NCBI GenBank assembly: GCA_963806185.1
Contig: CAWDXE010000004.1
Span: 224,001-288,000 of the forward strand
Source of the DNA: an uncultured candidate division Zixibacteria bacterium
GTDB lineage: Bacteria; Zixibacteria; MSB-5A5; GN15; FEB-12
DNA length: 64,000 nt
Direction of reading: 5' to 3'
The position numbers and the translations under genes were made by a program. The notes beneath the pieces are model-generated. The model worked only from the letters and a program-made list of their open reading frames with translations. It did no database searches and was not told where the DNA came from. Shown in pieces: positions 9,435 to 19,818 of this stretch; the first letter of the stretch is position 1; each line of letters begins with the position of its first letter.

Positions 9435-10130
9435 ATGCGCACTCGCAACAGAACTTGTCAACCTATCGTAATTTTACTCATTCTATTGTGCCTACTGGCG
9501 TCGAGCACCTTTGCGGATAAACTCGGCGATCGCGAAGGCGCTCGGAAGAAATCAGACAGCGGCCGCAAGCATGCCCTTCCATCGTTTGGGATACGAGGAG
9601 GATATTTGGGCAGCGGCAATTTCAGCCTGACTGACGATTTCGGCACGACCGACTTCAGCAACCGTGGGAGCTATACATTCGGGGTATTTTTCGAAGGCAC
9701 AGCCGTGAGTCGTCTCATGGTTTCAGTTGGGTTCGACTTCTCCCACATAGTGATCGATGAAATCGGGGGGCGGAGAATGAGCTACGTCTCGGACAGCAGC
9801 CGATTTTTGTATGAGTTGGATTTCAGTCTGAAGTACAGAGTCTCCAGCGCGACAACACGGTGGGATTTTCGCCCGTACGGGACTGTCGGAATCGGCGCGG
9901 CCAACAAGATAGAGCCGTTACTTGACCGATCACTCGTGATGACAGGACGGCTGGGCATTGAGGCGCTGTACAAGACTGCCGGCAAACTAGGGTTCATCCT
10001 TGATTTCGGCATGCTGTGGCTTCCGACCGGATCCACCAAAATCCTTACGGAGAGCCAGACGATTTCGGGTGGACCTGCGCCGTATTTTAGATTTGGTTTT
10101 CGTATCGGAAATAACAAGCCCAAGGGCTGA
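9435..10130 (+). CDS. Small outer-membrane beta-barrel protein, paralog of 8793..9371
   Basis: AGGAGG at 9422-9427 before ATG 9435; signal peptide; shares SFxxRGG, DxxxxxLPTG and GPxxxxRxG motifs with the upstream gene. Confidence 0.6.
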   Translation: MRTRNRTCQPIVILLILLCLLASSTFADKLGDREGARKKSDSGRKHALPSFGIRGGYLGSGNFSLTDDFGTTDFSNRGSYTFGVFFEGTAVSRLMVSVGFDFSHIVIDEIGGRRMSYVSDSSRFLYELDFSLKYRVSSATTRWDFRPYGTVGIGAANKIEPLLDRSLVMTGRLGIEALYKTAGKLGFILDFGMLWLPTGSTKILTESQTISGGPAPYFRFGFRIGNNKPKG

Positions 10131-10150
10131 AGGGGTTGCCTACTTTTCCG

Positions 10151-10178
10151 TTGCGCCCCGGCCAAAATGTGCTATCTT
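10151..10178 (+). promoter_or_regulatory. Candidate sigma70 promoter for tRNA-Ala and SRP RNA
   Basis: TTGCGC-N16-TATCTT with extended TGn, 21 nt upstream of the tRNA. Confidence 0.45.
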
Positions 10179-10199
10179 CGGCCCTGCCAAGAAGATGAT

Positions 10200-10272
10200 G
10201 GGGCAGTAGCTCAGCTGGGAGAGCGCCACGTTCGCAACGTGGAGGCCGTCGGTTCGATCCCGATCTGCTCCA
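10200..10272 (+). tRNA. tRNA-Ala(CGC), CCA not encoded
   Basis: Acceptor stem GGGGCAG/CTGCTCC with the G3:U70 Ala determinant and discriminator A; D arm AGCTCAGCTGGGAGAGC; anticodon arm CCACG-TT-CGC-AA-CGTGG; T arm GGTTCGATCC. Confidence 0.97.
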
Positions 10273-10379
10273 TATAGACTTGCCCGCCCGATGTGGCGGG
10301 CCCAACGACCCGCCTCGGCGGGTTTGGTGTCTCTGGCGGACCGACTCGTCCGGCCGGAGATTACCAGCGACCAAAAGAC

Positions 10380-10646
<267 letters not shown>

Positions 10647-10651
10647 AAAAC

Positions 10652-10688
10652 GAAACGGTCGGAAGACATCTTCCGACCGTTCTTTTTT
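10652..10688 (+). terminator. Intrinsic terminator after SRP RNA, possibly also used by convergent mscL
   Basis: AACGGTCGGAAGA-CA-TCTTCCGACCGTT followed by CTTTTTT; A-rich on the 5' side. Confidence 0.85.
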
Positions 10689-10709
10689 CCCCGAAATTGA
10701 TGACCGGCG

Positions 10710-11162
10710 TTACGCTTTGATATCGCTCGTGCAATGCCCACACTTGGTGGCCTTGAGCGGTATCGTCATCAGGCAGGACGGGCATTCCTTGGTCGTCGGT
10801 ACGGCCGCCGGAGCCGGCTGCTCGCGCTTCATTTTGTTTATCATCTTCACCATGATGAAAATCGCAAATGCGACGATGATGAAGTTGATGATGGTGTTGA
10901 TAAACAAACCATAATTAATGGTGACGGCTCCCGCCGCTTTGGCGGCCGCCACAGAAGCGTACGGCGCCGCTTGCGCGCCCTCCTTCACAACGACAAACAG
11001 GTTGGAGAAATCAACATTTCCCAGCAACATGCCGATCGGTGGCATGATGATGTCGCTCACCAGCGACCCGACGATCGGACCAAACGCTGCACCGATAATG
11101 ATACCGATAGCCATGTCCAGAACATTGCCCTTCATGGCAAATTCCTTGAATTCCTTCAGCAT
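10710..11162 (-). CDS. mscL: Large-conductance mechanosensitive channel with C-terminal zinc-ribbon-like tail
   Basis: [27 protein letters not shown]...DIIMPPIG...[27 protein letters not shown]; tail CPSC-x10-CGHC. Confidence 0.95.
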   Translation of the reverse strand: MLKEFKEFAMKGNVLDMAIGIIIGAAFGPIVGSLVSDIIMPPIGMLLGNVDFSNLFVVVKEGAQAAPYASVAAAKAAGAVTINYGLFINTIINFIIVAFAIFIMVKMINKMKREQPAPAAVPTTKECPSCLMTIPLKATKCGHCTSDIKA

Positions 11163-11192
11163 AAACACTCTCTCCTTCCAGTAATCAGGTAT

Positions 11193-12086
11193 CTATTTCG
11201 ACCATTTATAGGCGAGCCCGAGACCAAGCGTCTGCTTGAATCGGGCGCCGTCGTCGATTTCCTTATCGTATAAGACCTGCACATAGAGCACCGTCTGTAC
11301 CACTTTCGTGATGGAGGCCGTCAGAAAATGCTCCCAGTTGGCATCGACTGTCTTCCAGTCATTCGTAGCCACCTTGTCGGATTCAGAGAAGAACAAAGCT
11401 TTGTAGAGAGACAGCTTCGACGTATACGTGAGTTTGGCGGCCAATTGTGCCTTGAAATCAGTCACCGATTCCAAACCACCGTCATTGGTGGTATGCCAAT
11501 GTGTTCCTTCTGCCACCGTGTCGATAATCTGGTTCGACATGATCTGCCGAAAAGCAAAACCGAACCGACTGCTCAACTCAAGTACGTTGGTGCGATTGAT
11601 AAAGACACGGACAACGCCGCCCGACTCCGTGAATTTGGTGGGGGAGAGGTACCGGCGAACTGGGCGATAGGATTCATCGGTGAACTGGCTTTCGATGCGT
11701 CCGGCCAGATAGGGATCAACATACCCGTTGAAGACGAAGCGAAAGACCGTTTCAAAATCGATGAGGTCGGTTGATTTTCGCGGGCGTTCCCAATAGGTGT
11801 TGTTGGACTCATCGCGCTTCTGCGCGAGCGTTTGGCCGAACGAAAGTTTCAACTGTGTCTTATCCTGCACACGAGTCGACAGCCACTTGGTGGCGTCCCC
11901 TTTGAAGTTGGCCGCCCAGTTGAAAGATCCGGCCTCGCCGCCGGTCCAGTTATCGCTGTAGGTCGCCTGTGTTGCCGCAAGGCCGAAATCGACATTCGCT
12001 CTCCATCCTTTAAGCGAATCAGGAAGCTGCGCCGAAGCAATGACCGGGATTACCAGAAACGAAGTCAGCAAAGAAGTTATTCGCAT
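11193..12086 (-). CDS. DUF3078-family outer-membrane beta-barrel protein
   Basis: AAGGAG SD; signal peptide; TQATYSDNWTGGE, LYDKEID...FKQTLGLGLAYK; adjacent to mscL. Confidence 0.7.
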   Translation of the reverse strand: MRITSLLTSFLVIPVIASAQLPDSLKGWRANVDFGLAATQATYSDNWTGGEAGSFNWAANFKGDATKWLSTRVQDKTQLKLSFGQTLAQKRDESNNTYWERPRKSTDLIDFETVFRFVFNGYVDPYLAGRIESQFTDESYRPVRRYLSPTKFTESGGVVRVFINRTNVLELSSRFGFAFRQIMSNQIIDTVAEGTHWHTTNDGGLESVTDFKAQLAAKLTYTSKLSLYKALFFSESDKVATNDWKTVDANWEHFLTASITKVVQTVLYVQVLYDKEIDDGARFKQTLGLGLAYKWSK

Positions 12087-12233
12087 GCGGATTACTCCTT
12101 TCGCACATTGCTGATGATTGATTTCATGAAGCCCGCTGGATCCAACATACAGGTGGCCGGATCGGGGGGCAAGTCCCAATGTGGGGATTTACGACTATGT
12201 AGACTGGAATTTGCCGGCGTTCCGGATTCTGCC

Positions 12234-12262
12234 TTGCCAGCCGACATTGACGCCGCTATCTT
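12234..12262 (+). promoter_or_regulatory. Candidate sigma70 promoter for the EamA transporter
   Basis: TTGCCA-N17-TATCTT. Confidence 0.45.
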
Positions 12263-12274
12263 CGGCCCCATCCG

Positions 12275-13198
12275 GTGTCGTCACACAGAAACCAGGACGG
12301 TCGCCGGTCTCATGTTATGCTGTACCTTCTGCTCTTATTGACCGTCATCGTCTGGGGGTGGACATTTGTCGCCACCAAGCTCTGCCTGCCGTACATGTCG
12401 CCCGCCGAGTTGCTCGGGCTCCGCCTCATGATCGGCCTGCCAGTGCTGTATGCTGTGCTTAAGGTACGCCGAATTCCGCTCGATTTCACCGGCGTCAGCA
12501 AGAAGCGGCTGCTGGCCGGCTCTGCCGTTCTCACTCTCCACTTTCTCATTCAAATCACCGGCCTCAAGTACACGACCGCAACCAACACCGGGTGGATCAT
12601 CGCGGTCACTCCATTGGTCATGGCTGTGTTGTCGTTTGTTTTCTTGCGGGAGAAGATCAACCGGTATCAGATCGGTGGCATCGTGATCGCCACCATCGGC
12701 ATCCTGCTCCTTGTGTCACGAGGCAAGATCGGCGAACTGGGGTGGCTGTCGAGCGTGGGGGACTGGCTGGTGCTCGGGTCAGCACACACGTGGGCGATCT
12801 ACACGGTCATCACCCGCGACGTGTCGAGGGCGAAAGATCCACTGGTCGTCACATTCGGCATTCTCTTCCCGGCGACGGTAATCATGTTCGGCTATATGCT
12901 TTTCACTTCTGATTGGTCGAAATTCCTGCATTTGCCGGTCGAGCCGATGGTGGCGTTGCTGTTTCTGGCGATTATCGGATTGGCGTTGGCCCATTGGTGC
13001 TGGCAGATTGCCGTGGCGAAAATCGGCGCTGCCCGGGCCGGCATCTTTCTCTATCTCGAACCGCTCGCAACCACTGTTCTGGCCGTACCGCTCCTGCACG
13101 AGGCCTTCGGTACCTTTACGGCCCTGGGTGGAGCACTCGTTCTCTTCGGCGTCTGGTGGGCGCAACGCAAAATTGGACGTGTGTTGGCCGCAGATTGA
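12275..13198 (+). CDS. DMT/EamA family transporter (start may be ATG 12317)
   Basis: WGWTFVATK, GLKYTTATN...P, LREK, YLEPL; 10 TM in two repeats. Confidence 0.9.
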   Translation: MSSHRNQDGRRSHVMLYLLLLLTVIVWGWTFVATKLCLPYMSPAELLGLRLMIGLPVLYAVLKVRRIPLDFTGVSKKRLLAGSAVLTLHFLIQITGLKYTTATNTGWIIAVTPLVMAVLSFVFLREKINRYQIGGIVIATIGILLLVSRGKIGELGWLSSVGDWLVLGSAHTWAIYTVITRDVSRAKDPLVVTFGILFPATVIMFGYMLFTSDWSKFLHLPVEPMVALLFLAIIGLALAHWCWQIAVAKIGAARAGIFLYLEPLATTVLAVPLLHEAFGTFTALGGALVLFGVWWAQRKIGRVLAAD

Positions 13199-13216
13199 AT
13201 CCGGTGAATCGCCTCG

Positions 13217-13978
13217 TTATTTCTTGCCGGCAGCTGCCGGCTTGCCCAATGTGAACAGCACGCCGCCGTTGTGGAATTCGACCGTCCTTCGAGGCGGATT
13301 GACCGCATTCACTTTTATGCACTGGGTGGGCGTTCCAAGTCGAGTGGGGAATACGTCCGGCTTGTCGGCCAACGGTACCGGCAGGTAATCAAAAACCCGG
13401 CTGGAAAACATAAGCGATTGGCCCGATGCATCGCTCAGCGCATTATCACGACAATCCTCCCAGTAGAAAAAGAGGGGCGCCAGCGTATCGGTAAATCGTG
13501 CCGACGGCGGCGTCGCCACAATGAGTCGGGCGATAGTGATCTTTGACCTGAAGCCCACGCAATCGGGACGAGTCGTATCGGGGGTCGTCTTTGAAAGGGC
13601 GACCGCTTTCCAGAGCGTTCGCGGCATATTGGCTTCACTCTTGGTATCTACGCGGTCGGCGCGGAAAAAATCCCAGCCGCACGTATCAACCAGGGCTCCC
13701 GGAAGTATGCCGATAATATCGACCGCCGGGTGAGTGCTCCCGATTTTGAGGCCAAACGCGGCCACAGTGTGACCGAAGGTTTCGAGCGTGACGTCCAGAG
13801 TGTCCAGGAGCGAACGCCGGGTCGTTTCGAGTCGCTCGATCTGCAAGACATATCGTGGCGGCAAAAGCGAATCGGCAGACGTACCAGCCGTGTCCGCCGG
13901 GCTTCCGCTTGGCTCGATCGCCGCGGCACCGGCAGTACATATGAGAATCATCAACGCCGTTAATACTAGGCTTCGCAT
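13217..13978 (-). CDS. Hypothetical secreted beta-rich, Cys-containing protein
   Basis: Signal peptide MRSLVLTALMILICTAGAAA; mature part has CGW, DCVG, FYWEDCRDN and QCI. Confidence 0.65.
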   Translation of the reverse strand: MRSLVLTALMILICTAGAAAIEPSGSPADTAGTSADSLLPPRYVLQIERLETTRRSLLDTLDVTLETFGHTVAAFGLKIGSTHPAVDIIGILPGALVDTCGWDFFRADRVDTKSEANMPRTLWKAVALSKTTPDTTRPDCVGFRSKITIARLIVATPPSARFTDTLAPLFFYWEDCRDNALSDASGQSLMFSSRVFDYLPVPLADKPDVFPTRLGTPTQCIKVNAVNPPRRTVEFHNGGVLFTLGKPAAAGKK

Positions 13979-13992
13979 CTGGGTTTCCTGAC

Positions 13993-14023
13993 AAAAAAAA
14001 CAGCCCGCCGATTCGACGGGCTG
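13993..14023 (-). terminator. Intrinsic terminator (minus strand)
   Basis: Minus strand CAGCCCGTCG-AAT-CGGCGGGCTG followed by T8, just after the stop at 14040. Confidence 0.85.
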
Positions 14024-14039
14024 CTTGTTCAAGCAAAGT

Positions 14040-14666
14040 TTACTTTACAACCTTGAAAATATACGGTCCGCGCCATTCCGGCTTTTCGACGATATTCGGA
14101 TTCGGAGTACCGAATTTCCACTTACCGCCCGGCGGGAAAAAGGTCGAGTCGATGGTCAGCGTGCCGGGTGTCGGGACGATCATTTCCATCGAAAGCACTT
14201 TTTGCTTTGGATGGGGGAGGTAGCGCTGCTTGACCACTGCGCCGCCGAAGCCGATCGTGTCGGGCAGGTTGCCGTCCCAGTCTTTCACGGCCACAAACAC
14301 ACCGCCCAGATCCCAGATCGACTTGTCGTTCCAGCCGTTGAAGCCTTTGATATCGGGTGCCTTCGGGTTGATGCAGGTCGCGGCATCACCGACGTGAATA
14401 ACTTTCGGAATGTCGGGTGACGTGAGCTTGAATCCGGTGGTGAAGCCGCGCTGTTCCTTGGCGTTCATCCAGTAAATGTCGACAGTCACCTTCTCGCCGG
14501 CTTTGATCGTGCTGTCGTTGAGGGCGCCGGGGCCCGAAATCTTCATTGAGACTTCCGCCAGGGGTTTGTTCACTGTAGCCGCGACCGGCTTGTCCTGGGC
14601 CATGATCGCACCGGCCGCCAAAGCGACTACCGCTGTCACGAAAGATACACGTGTAATGATTCCCAT
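14040..14666 (-). CDS. Hypothetical secreted beta-sandwich protein
   Basis: GGAGAGAAGG SD; signal peptide ending AIMA-Q; beta-rich sequence. Confidence 0.75.
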   Translation of the reverse strand: MGIITRVSFVTAVVALAAGAIMAQDKPVAATVNKPLAEVSMKISGPGALNDSTIKAGEKVTVDIYWMNAKEQRGFTTGFKLTSPDIPKVIHVGDAATCINPKAPDIKGFNGWNDKSIWDLGGVFVAVKDWDGNLPDTIGFGGAVVKQRYLPHPKQKVLSMEMIVPTPGTLTIDSTFFPPGGKWKFGTPNPNIVEKPEWRGPYIFKVVK

Positions 14667-15004
14667 CCTTCTCTCCAGTGTGAATATAGGTTAACCGTTT
14701 GTTATCCAGAGTCTTTCGCGGCTAAACATAGATACGCCGTTTCGCCTTGTCAACCCCTATCGACTTTGCATACAAAAAAGTCGGATATTAACTTGACTGG
14801 CCTCACCGGCCGCGTAAGGGGCAGAATAGTCCGCCGCTCTGTTGTCATACTCCGTTGTACAACCCGCTCCACGAATAGTTCAGATCGTGGTGGGGGCTGA
14901 TTCCGAGGCGAAAGTCGACACCTATCACCAATAATGTAGGTTTTTTCGTTTGACTGAACACTCATCTGGCGGTAATTTCGCGTTCCTAAGGAAAGGGAAC
15001 GCGT

Positions 15005-15733
15005 ATGACCACGCTAGTTAACACGCCATCGACAACCGGTCTTCCCACACAGTTGATTACCTCTTCTGTCGGTAAGAAATTTCTGATGGCTATTTCCGGC
15101 GTCATTGCCTTCGGGTATGTCGTCGGGCATATGATCGGCAATCTGCAAATCTTCGCCGGGCGCGATCAAATCAATGCGTATGCCGAGTTCCTCCATAGCC
15201 TCGGCCCCATGCTCTGGGTTATCAGGGCGTTCCTGCTCCTCGCCTTCATCGTTCATATCTGGCTGGGTGTGCAGCTCAAACTGGAAAATATGGCGGCGCG
15301 TCCGATTGGCTATCAACGCAAAGAATACACCAAAGCCAGCCTGGCGTCGCGTACCATGATAATCTCCGGACTGATTGTCCTCGCCTTTTTCATCTACCAT
15401 ATTCTTCATTTTACGGCTCGCGTCGCCGACCCGCGCTTTGCCTCTCTGGCGCTTGATTCGCAGGGGCGGTACGACGTCTACTCGATGGTCATCCTTGGTT
15501 TCCAGAACATTCCGATCGCTGTGTTTTATCTCCTGGCTGTCGGCCTGGCGACTTTTCACCTATCGCACGGCATGGCCAGCATGTTCCAGTCGCTGGGGTG
15601 GAGTAATCCCAAATGGCAGGTCATTCTCGACCGACTGGCCTGGATTGTCTCGATAATTCTTTTCCTGGGATATTCGTCCATACCGGTGAGTGTCTGGTTC
15701 GGCTGGATCAGACTGCCGGGAGGAGGCTTGTAA
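15005..15733 (+). CDS. sdhC: Succinate dehydrogenase cytochrome b558 subunit (single di-haem anchor type)
   Basis: [35 protein letters not shown]; 5 TM; upstream of sdhAB. Confidence 0.92.
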   Translation: MTTLVNTPSTTGLPTQLITSSVGKKFLMAISGVIAFGYVVGHMIGNLQIFAGRDQINAYAEFLHSLGPMLWVIRAFLLLAFIVHIWLGVQLKLENMAARPIGYQRKEYTKASLASRTMIISGLIVLAFFIYHILHFTARVADPRFASLALDSQGRYDVYSMVILGFQNIPIAVFYLLAVGLATFHLSHGMASMFQSLGWSNPKWQVILDRLAWIVSIILFLGYSSIPVSVWFGWIRLPGGGL

Positions 15734-15734
15734 A

Positions 15735-17648
15735 ATGGCACTCGATGCAAAAATTCCTTCCGGTCCAATAGAGCAGAAGTGGGACAACCACATCGCTCAC
15801 ATGAAGCTGATCAATCCGGCCAACAAGCGCAAATTCGACGTTATCGTGGTTGGCTCCGGGCTGGCCGGTGCGTCAGCCGCCGCGTCGCTGGCTGAACTCG
15901 GCTACAATGTCACCTGCTTTTGCTACCAGGATTCGCCTCGACGCGCGCATTCAATCGCGGCTCAGGGTGGAATCAACGCCGCAAAGAATTACCAGAACGA
16001 CGGCGACTCGGTTTATCGTCTGTTTTATGACACGGTCAAGGGAGGCGACTTCCGTGCCCGTGAAGCGAATGTCTATCGTCTGGCCCAGGTCTCTGTCAAT
16101 ATCATCGATCAGTGCGTGGCGCAAGGGGTGCCGTTTGCCCGTGAATACGGCGGCCTGTTGGCCAATCGCTCTTTTGGCGGGGCGCAGGTCAGCCGGACAT
16201 TTTATGCCCGTGGGCAGACGGGACAACAACTTTTGCTCGGCGCCTATCAGGCGCTGGAACGGCAGATCGGTCTCGGCAAGGTGAAGATGAATACTCGGTC
16301 GGAGATGCTTGACCTGGTGCTCGTTAACGGAGTCGCCCGCGGAATCGTCGTACGCGATATGGTGACCGGAAAGGTCTCCTCCTGCGCCGCCCACGCGGTC
16401 GTGCTGGCGACCGGCGGCTACGGCAATGTCTTCTATCTATCGACCAATGCGATCGGCTGCAATGTGACGGCGATCTATCGGGCCTATAAGCGCGGTGCGC
16501 TTTTCGCCAACCCGTGTTACACGCAGATTCACCCGACTTGTATTCCGGTGAGCGGCGACCATCAATCCAAATTGACGTTGATGTCGGAATCATTGCGCAA
16601 CGACGGCCGCATCTGGGTCCCGAAGAAAAAGGGCGATAAGCGGCCGCCCGACCAGATTCCGGAGAGCGAGCGCGATTATTTCCTGGAGCGCAAGTATCCC
16701 AGTTACGGCAACCTTGCTCCCCGAGATATCTCGTCGCGGAGCGCCAAAGAAGCCTGCGACGATGGCCGGGGAGTGGGCGAATCCGGCTTCGGCGTCTATC
16801 TCGACTTTTCTGAATCAATTTCCCGCCTCGGTGCCTCGGTCATTCGTGAACGGTACGGCAATCTTTTCGATATGTACCAACGCATCACGGCCGAAAATCC
16901 GTATGAAGTTCCGATGCGAATCTACCCCGCGTCACATTATACCATGGGCGGTCTCTGGGTGGACTATAATTTGATGAGCAATATCCCGGGCCTCTTTGTT
17001 TTGGGTGAAGCAAACTTCTCCGATCATGGCGCCAATCGGCTCGGCGCAAGCGCATTGATGCAAGGTCTGGCGGACGGTTACTTCGTCATCCCGTATACGA
17101 TTGGCGATTACCTGGCCGGGGTCGGCGCGTCCAAAGTGTCGACCGACCTCCCCGAATTCCGGCAAGTCGAACAAGAAGTGACCGAACGAACCAGGAAGCT
17201 GTTGAACGTGAAAGGAAAGCGCACGGCCAACTCGTTCCACAAGGAACTTGGCAAGATCATGTGGGAGCACTCCGGCATGGCGCGCGATCGGAAGGGCCTG
17301 CAGGAAGCACTGCAATTGATCCCCAAACTGCGCGACGAATTCTGGCAAAATGTCACGGTGCTGGGGGCCAACGAAGAAATGAATCATTCTCTCGAACGCG
17401 CCGGTCGGGTGGCCGATTTTCTGGAATTCGGCGAGTTGCTCTGTCAGGATGCCCTCGATCGCGAGGAATCGTGCGGATCGCATTTCCGGACGGAGTATCA
17501 GACGCCCGACGGCGAGGCGTTGCGCAACGATGAGAAATACATGTATGTAGCGGCGTGGGAGCATACCGGCGTCGGGAAACCGGCGGTTCTGCACAAAGAG
17601 CCACTGACTTTTGAAACCGTCAAGCCGGCCACGAGGAGTTACAAATGA
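15735..17648 (+). CDS. sdhA: Succinate dehydrogenase/fumarate reductase flavoprotein subunit
   Basis: [21 protein letters not shown] covalent-FAD motif, [25 protein letters not shown] 15735 follows the sdhC stop. Confidence 0.96.
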   Translation: MALDAKIPSGPIEQKWDNHIAHMKLINPANKRKFDVIVVGSGLAGASAAASLAELGYNVTCFCYQDSPRRAHSIAAQGGINAAKNYQNDGDSVYRLFYDTVKGGDFRAREANVYRLAQVSVNIIDQCVAQGVPFAREYGGLLANRSFGGAQVSRTFYARGQTGQQLLLGAYQALERQIGLGKVKMNTRSEMLDLVLVNGVARGIVVRDMVTGKVSSCAAHAVVLATGGYGNVFYLSTNAIGCNVTAIYRAYKRGALFANPCYTQIHPTCIPVSGDHQSKLTLMSESLRNDGRIWVPKKKGDKRPPDQIPESERDYFLERKYPSYGNLAPRDISSRSAKEACDDGRGVGESGFGVYLDFSESISRLGASVIRERYGNLFDMYQRITAENPYEVPMRIYPASHYTMGGLWVDYNLMSNIPGLFVLGEANFSDHGANRLGASALMQGLADGYFVIPYTIGDYLAGVGASKVSTDLPEFRQVEQEVTERTRKLLNVKGKRTANSFHKELGKIMWEHSGMARDRKGLQEALQLIPKLRDEFWQNVTVLGANEEMNHSLERAGRVADFLEFGELLCQDALDREESCGSHFRTEYQTPDGEALRNDEKYMYVAAWEHTGVGKPAVLHKEPLTFETVKPATRSYK

Positions 17649-18421
17649 ACCTGACTCTGCACGTCTGGCGTCAGAAGAATGCCGCCGATAAGGGCCGACT
17701 GGAAAAATTCGAGGCCCGTGACATCAGCCCCGATATGTCATTTCTCGAAATGCTCGATATTGTCAACGAAGGCTTGATTGTTCAGGGTGTCGACCCGATT
17801 CATTTCGATCACGATTGCCGCGAGGGCATCTGCGGCATGTGTTCGCTGGTTATCAATGGTGTGCCCCACGGAGGGGAAAGGGGAACCACTGTTTGCCAGT
17901 TGCATATGCGCCATTTTCGCGACGGCGATGAAATCTATATCGAGCCGTGGCGGGCGAAAGCTTTCCCCGTGGTCAAGGATCTGGTCGTCGATCGGTCGGC
18001 GTTGGATCGCATCATCCAGGCCGGCGGGTTTGTTTCCGTAAATACGGGCGGAACGCCCGACGGTAACGCCATTCCGATCCGGAAAATCATGGCTGACAAA
18101 GCGATGGATGCCGCTGCCTGTATCGGGTGTGGTGCGTGTGTGGCCGCCTGCAAGAATGCGTCGGCGATGCTCTTTGTCTCAGCCAAAGTCGCGCAACTCG
18201 CTTTCCTCCCGCAGGGACAGGTTGAACGTGAAGACCGGGTGACCAGAATGATCGCCCAGATGGACGAAGAACAATTCGGCGCCTGTACCAACCAGTTCGA
18301 ATGCGAGGCGGTCTGCCCCAAGGAAATCTCCGTCGAGATGATCGCCAAGATGCACCGCGAATATGGTCGGGCGCTTGTCGCCAGACCAGCTCCCAGCAAA
18401 GTAGTCCTCGGCGGCGCGTAA
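17645..18421 (+). CDS. sdhB: Succinate dehydrogenase/fumarate reductase Fe-S subunit
   Basis: CREGICGMC [2Fe-2S], [24 protein letters not shown]. Confidence 0.96.
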   Translation: MNLTLHVWRQKNAADKGRLEKFEARDISPDMSFLEMLDIVNEGLIVQGVDPIHFDHDCREGICGMCSLVINGVPHGGERGTTVCQLHMRHFRDGDEIYIEPWRAKAFPVVKDLVVDRSALDRIIQAGGFVSVNTGGTPDGNAIPIRKIMADKAMDAAACIGCGACVAACKNASAMLFVSAKVAQLAFLPQGQVEREDRVTRMIAQMDEEQFGACTNQFECEAVCPKEISVEMIAKMHREYGRALVARPAPSKVVLGGA

Positions 18422-18607
18422 GCCTGGCTGAATTTCCCGTTAATTTTGACCACTGGGCACAAGTCCGGTGGTTTCTCTTTTTGTCTCCGGCGCGACCGCT
18501 GATAGCGTCTTGATTCGAGCGCGTCGCGAAAATCCACTGGAAAGACCAGCCCAAATGCCGTACCTTTCACCGGCAGATATCAAACTCGAAACGGAATTGG
18601 CAAGATT

Positions 18608-19687
18608 TTGACTCAACATATTTCGCCCCAACAGCCATCGCTGATCGTCGAGTCGTCACCTTTCCCCTATGGTGCAGCCGAACCGGCAGTAACCGTCGTT
18701 CGCGGAAAAACGGTAGAGGCAGTTCATTATGCCTCCATCGCCGTCGTTGACAGCAAGGGCAACGTCACTCATGCACTGGGCGACGCCGCCATGGTCACGA
18801 TGGCTCGCTCTTCCATCAAGCCGTTTCAGGCGATGCCGTTGGTTCAGACCGGCGCTGCTGATCGGTACAAGTTTACTCCTGAGCAATTATCTATATGTTG
18901 CGGCTCGCATTCGGGAACTGACGATCACGTGCGGATCGTGAAATGGAATCTGGCCGCCGCCGGCAATCTTCCTGAGTACCTCAAGTGCGGTTGCCACCGC
19001 CCGATTTTCATGCAGCAGGACGAAAGCTGGCCGGCCAACGGGGAAGACAAGGACTCGCTCCGGCACAATTGTTCGGGTAAACACTCCGGCTTTCTCGCCC
19101 TGGCCCGACATCTCGATGTCCCGGTCGAGGACTATCTGAAACCGGAGAGCCAATCGCAGAAACTGGTCAAGTCGGCTGTCTCCCGGATGTGCGATTACCC
19201 CGAAGACCAGATGTTCCTCGGCACCGATGGCTGTTCGGCCCCGAATTTCCCTTTGCCGATCAAGAACCTGGCGCTCGGATTCAGACGTCTGGCCAATCCG
19301 ATTGATCAGCCGGAAGATACGAGCGCGATCCTGCGAACCATCAAGGCCGCGATGACATCGTATCCAATTATGTTCTCCGGTCTCAAGCGACTGGACTATG
19401 CTCTCATGTGCACGTTCCCGGGGAATATCGTCTGCAAAGGCGGAGCCGAAGCCCTGCAGGCGATCGGCTTTACCGAACCGAACATCGGCATTGTCGTAAA
19501 GGTGCACGACGGTGGCGCCCGGGCTATTGGTTGTATCGTCGTGGAGACTTTGCGCCAGTTGGGCCTGATTTTGCCCTCCGATGATGCTCCGTTCCTGAAG
19601 TCGTACTGGAATCCGGATGTGCGCAACAATGCCGGTCTTGTCACTGGCAGTGTTGAACCGGTCTTCACGCTGAGAAAGGTCTCATGA
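18608..19687 (+). CDS. Class 3 (Rhizobium etli AnsA-type) L-asparaginase
   Basis: RSSIKPFQA, CGSHSG, HNCSGKHSG, DGCSAP, KGGAEA motifs. Confidence 0.88.
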   Translation: MTQHISPQQPSLIVESSPFPYGAAEPAVTVVRGKTVEAVHYASIAVVDSKGNVTHALGDAAMVTMARSSIKPFQAMPLVQTGAADRYKFTPEQLSICCGSHSGTDDHVRIVKWNLAAAGNLPEYLKCGCHRPIFMQQDESWPANGEDKDSLRHNCSGKHSGFLALARHLDVPVEDYLKPESQSQKLVKSAVSRMCDYPEDQMFLGTDGCSAPNFPLPIKNLALGFRRLANPIDQPEDTSAILRTIKAAMTSYPIMFSGLKRLDYALMCTFPGNIVCKGGAEALQAIGFTEPNIGIVVKVHDGGARAIGCIVVETLRQLGLILPSDDAPFLKSYWNPDVRNNAGLVTGSVEPVFTLRKVS

Positions 19688-19818
19688 ACGCCACGTTGTC
19701 AGAGACGCCGGCCTGTCGGCATCTTGGTCTTTACTATCATCGGCGGCGTGTCAAGGCCGTCACCTAGCCATCATCCTGTTCGTTGTCTGTTAACTGACCA
19801 ACCCAGCAGGAGGAAACT

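Noticed and set aside
10200..10272. tRNA-anchored integrative element
   Set aside because: No integrase and no duplicated tRNA 3' end noticed in the window.
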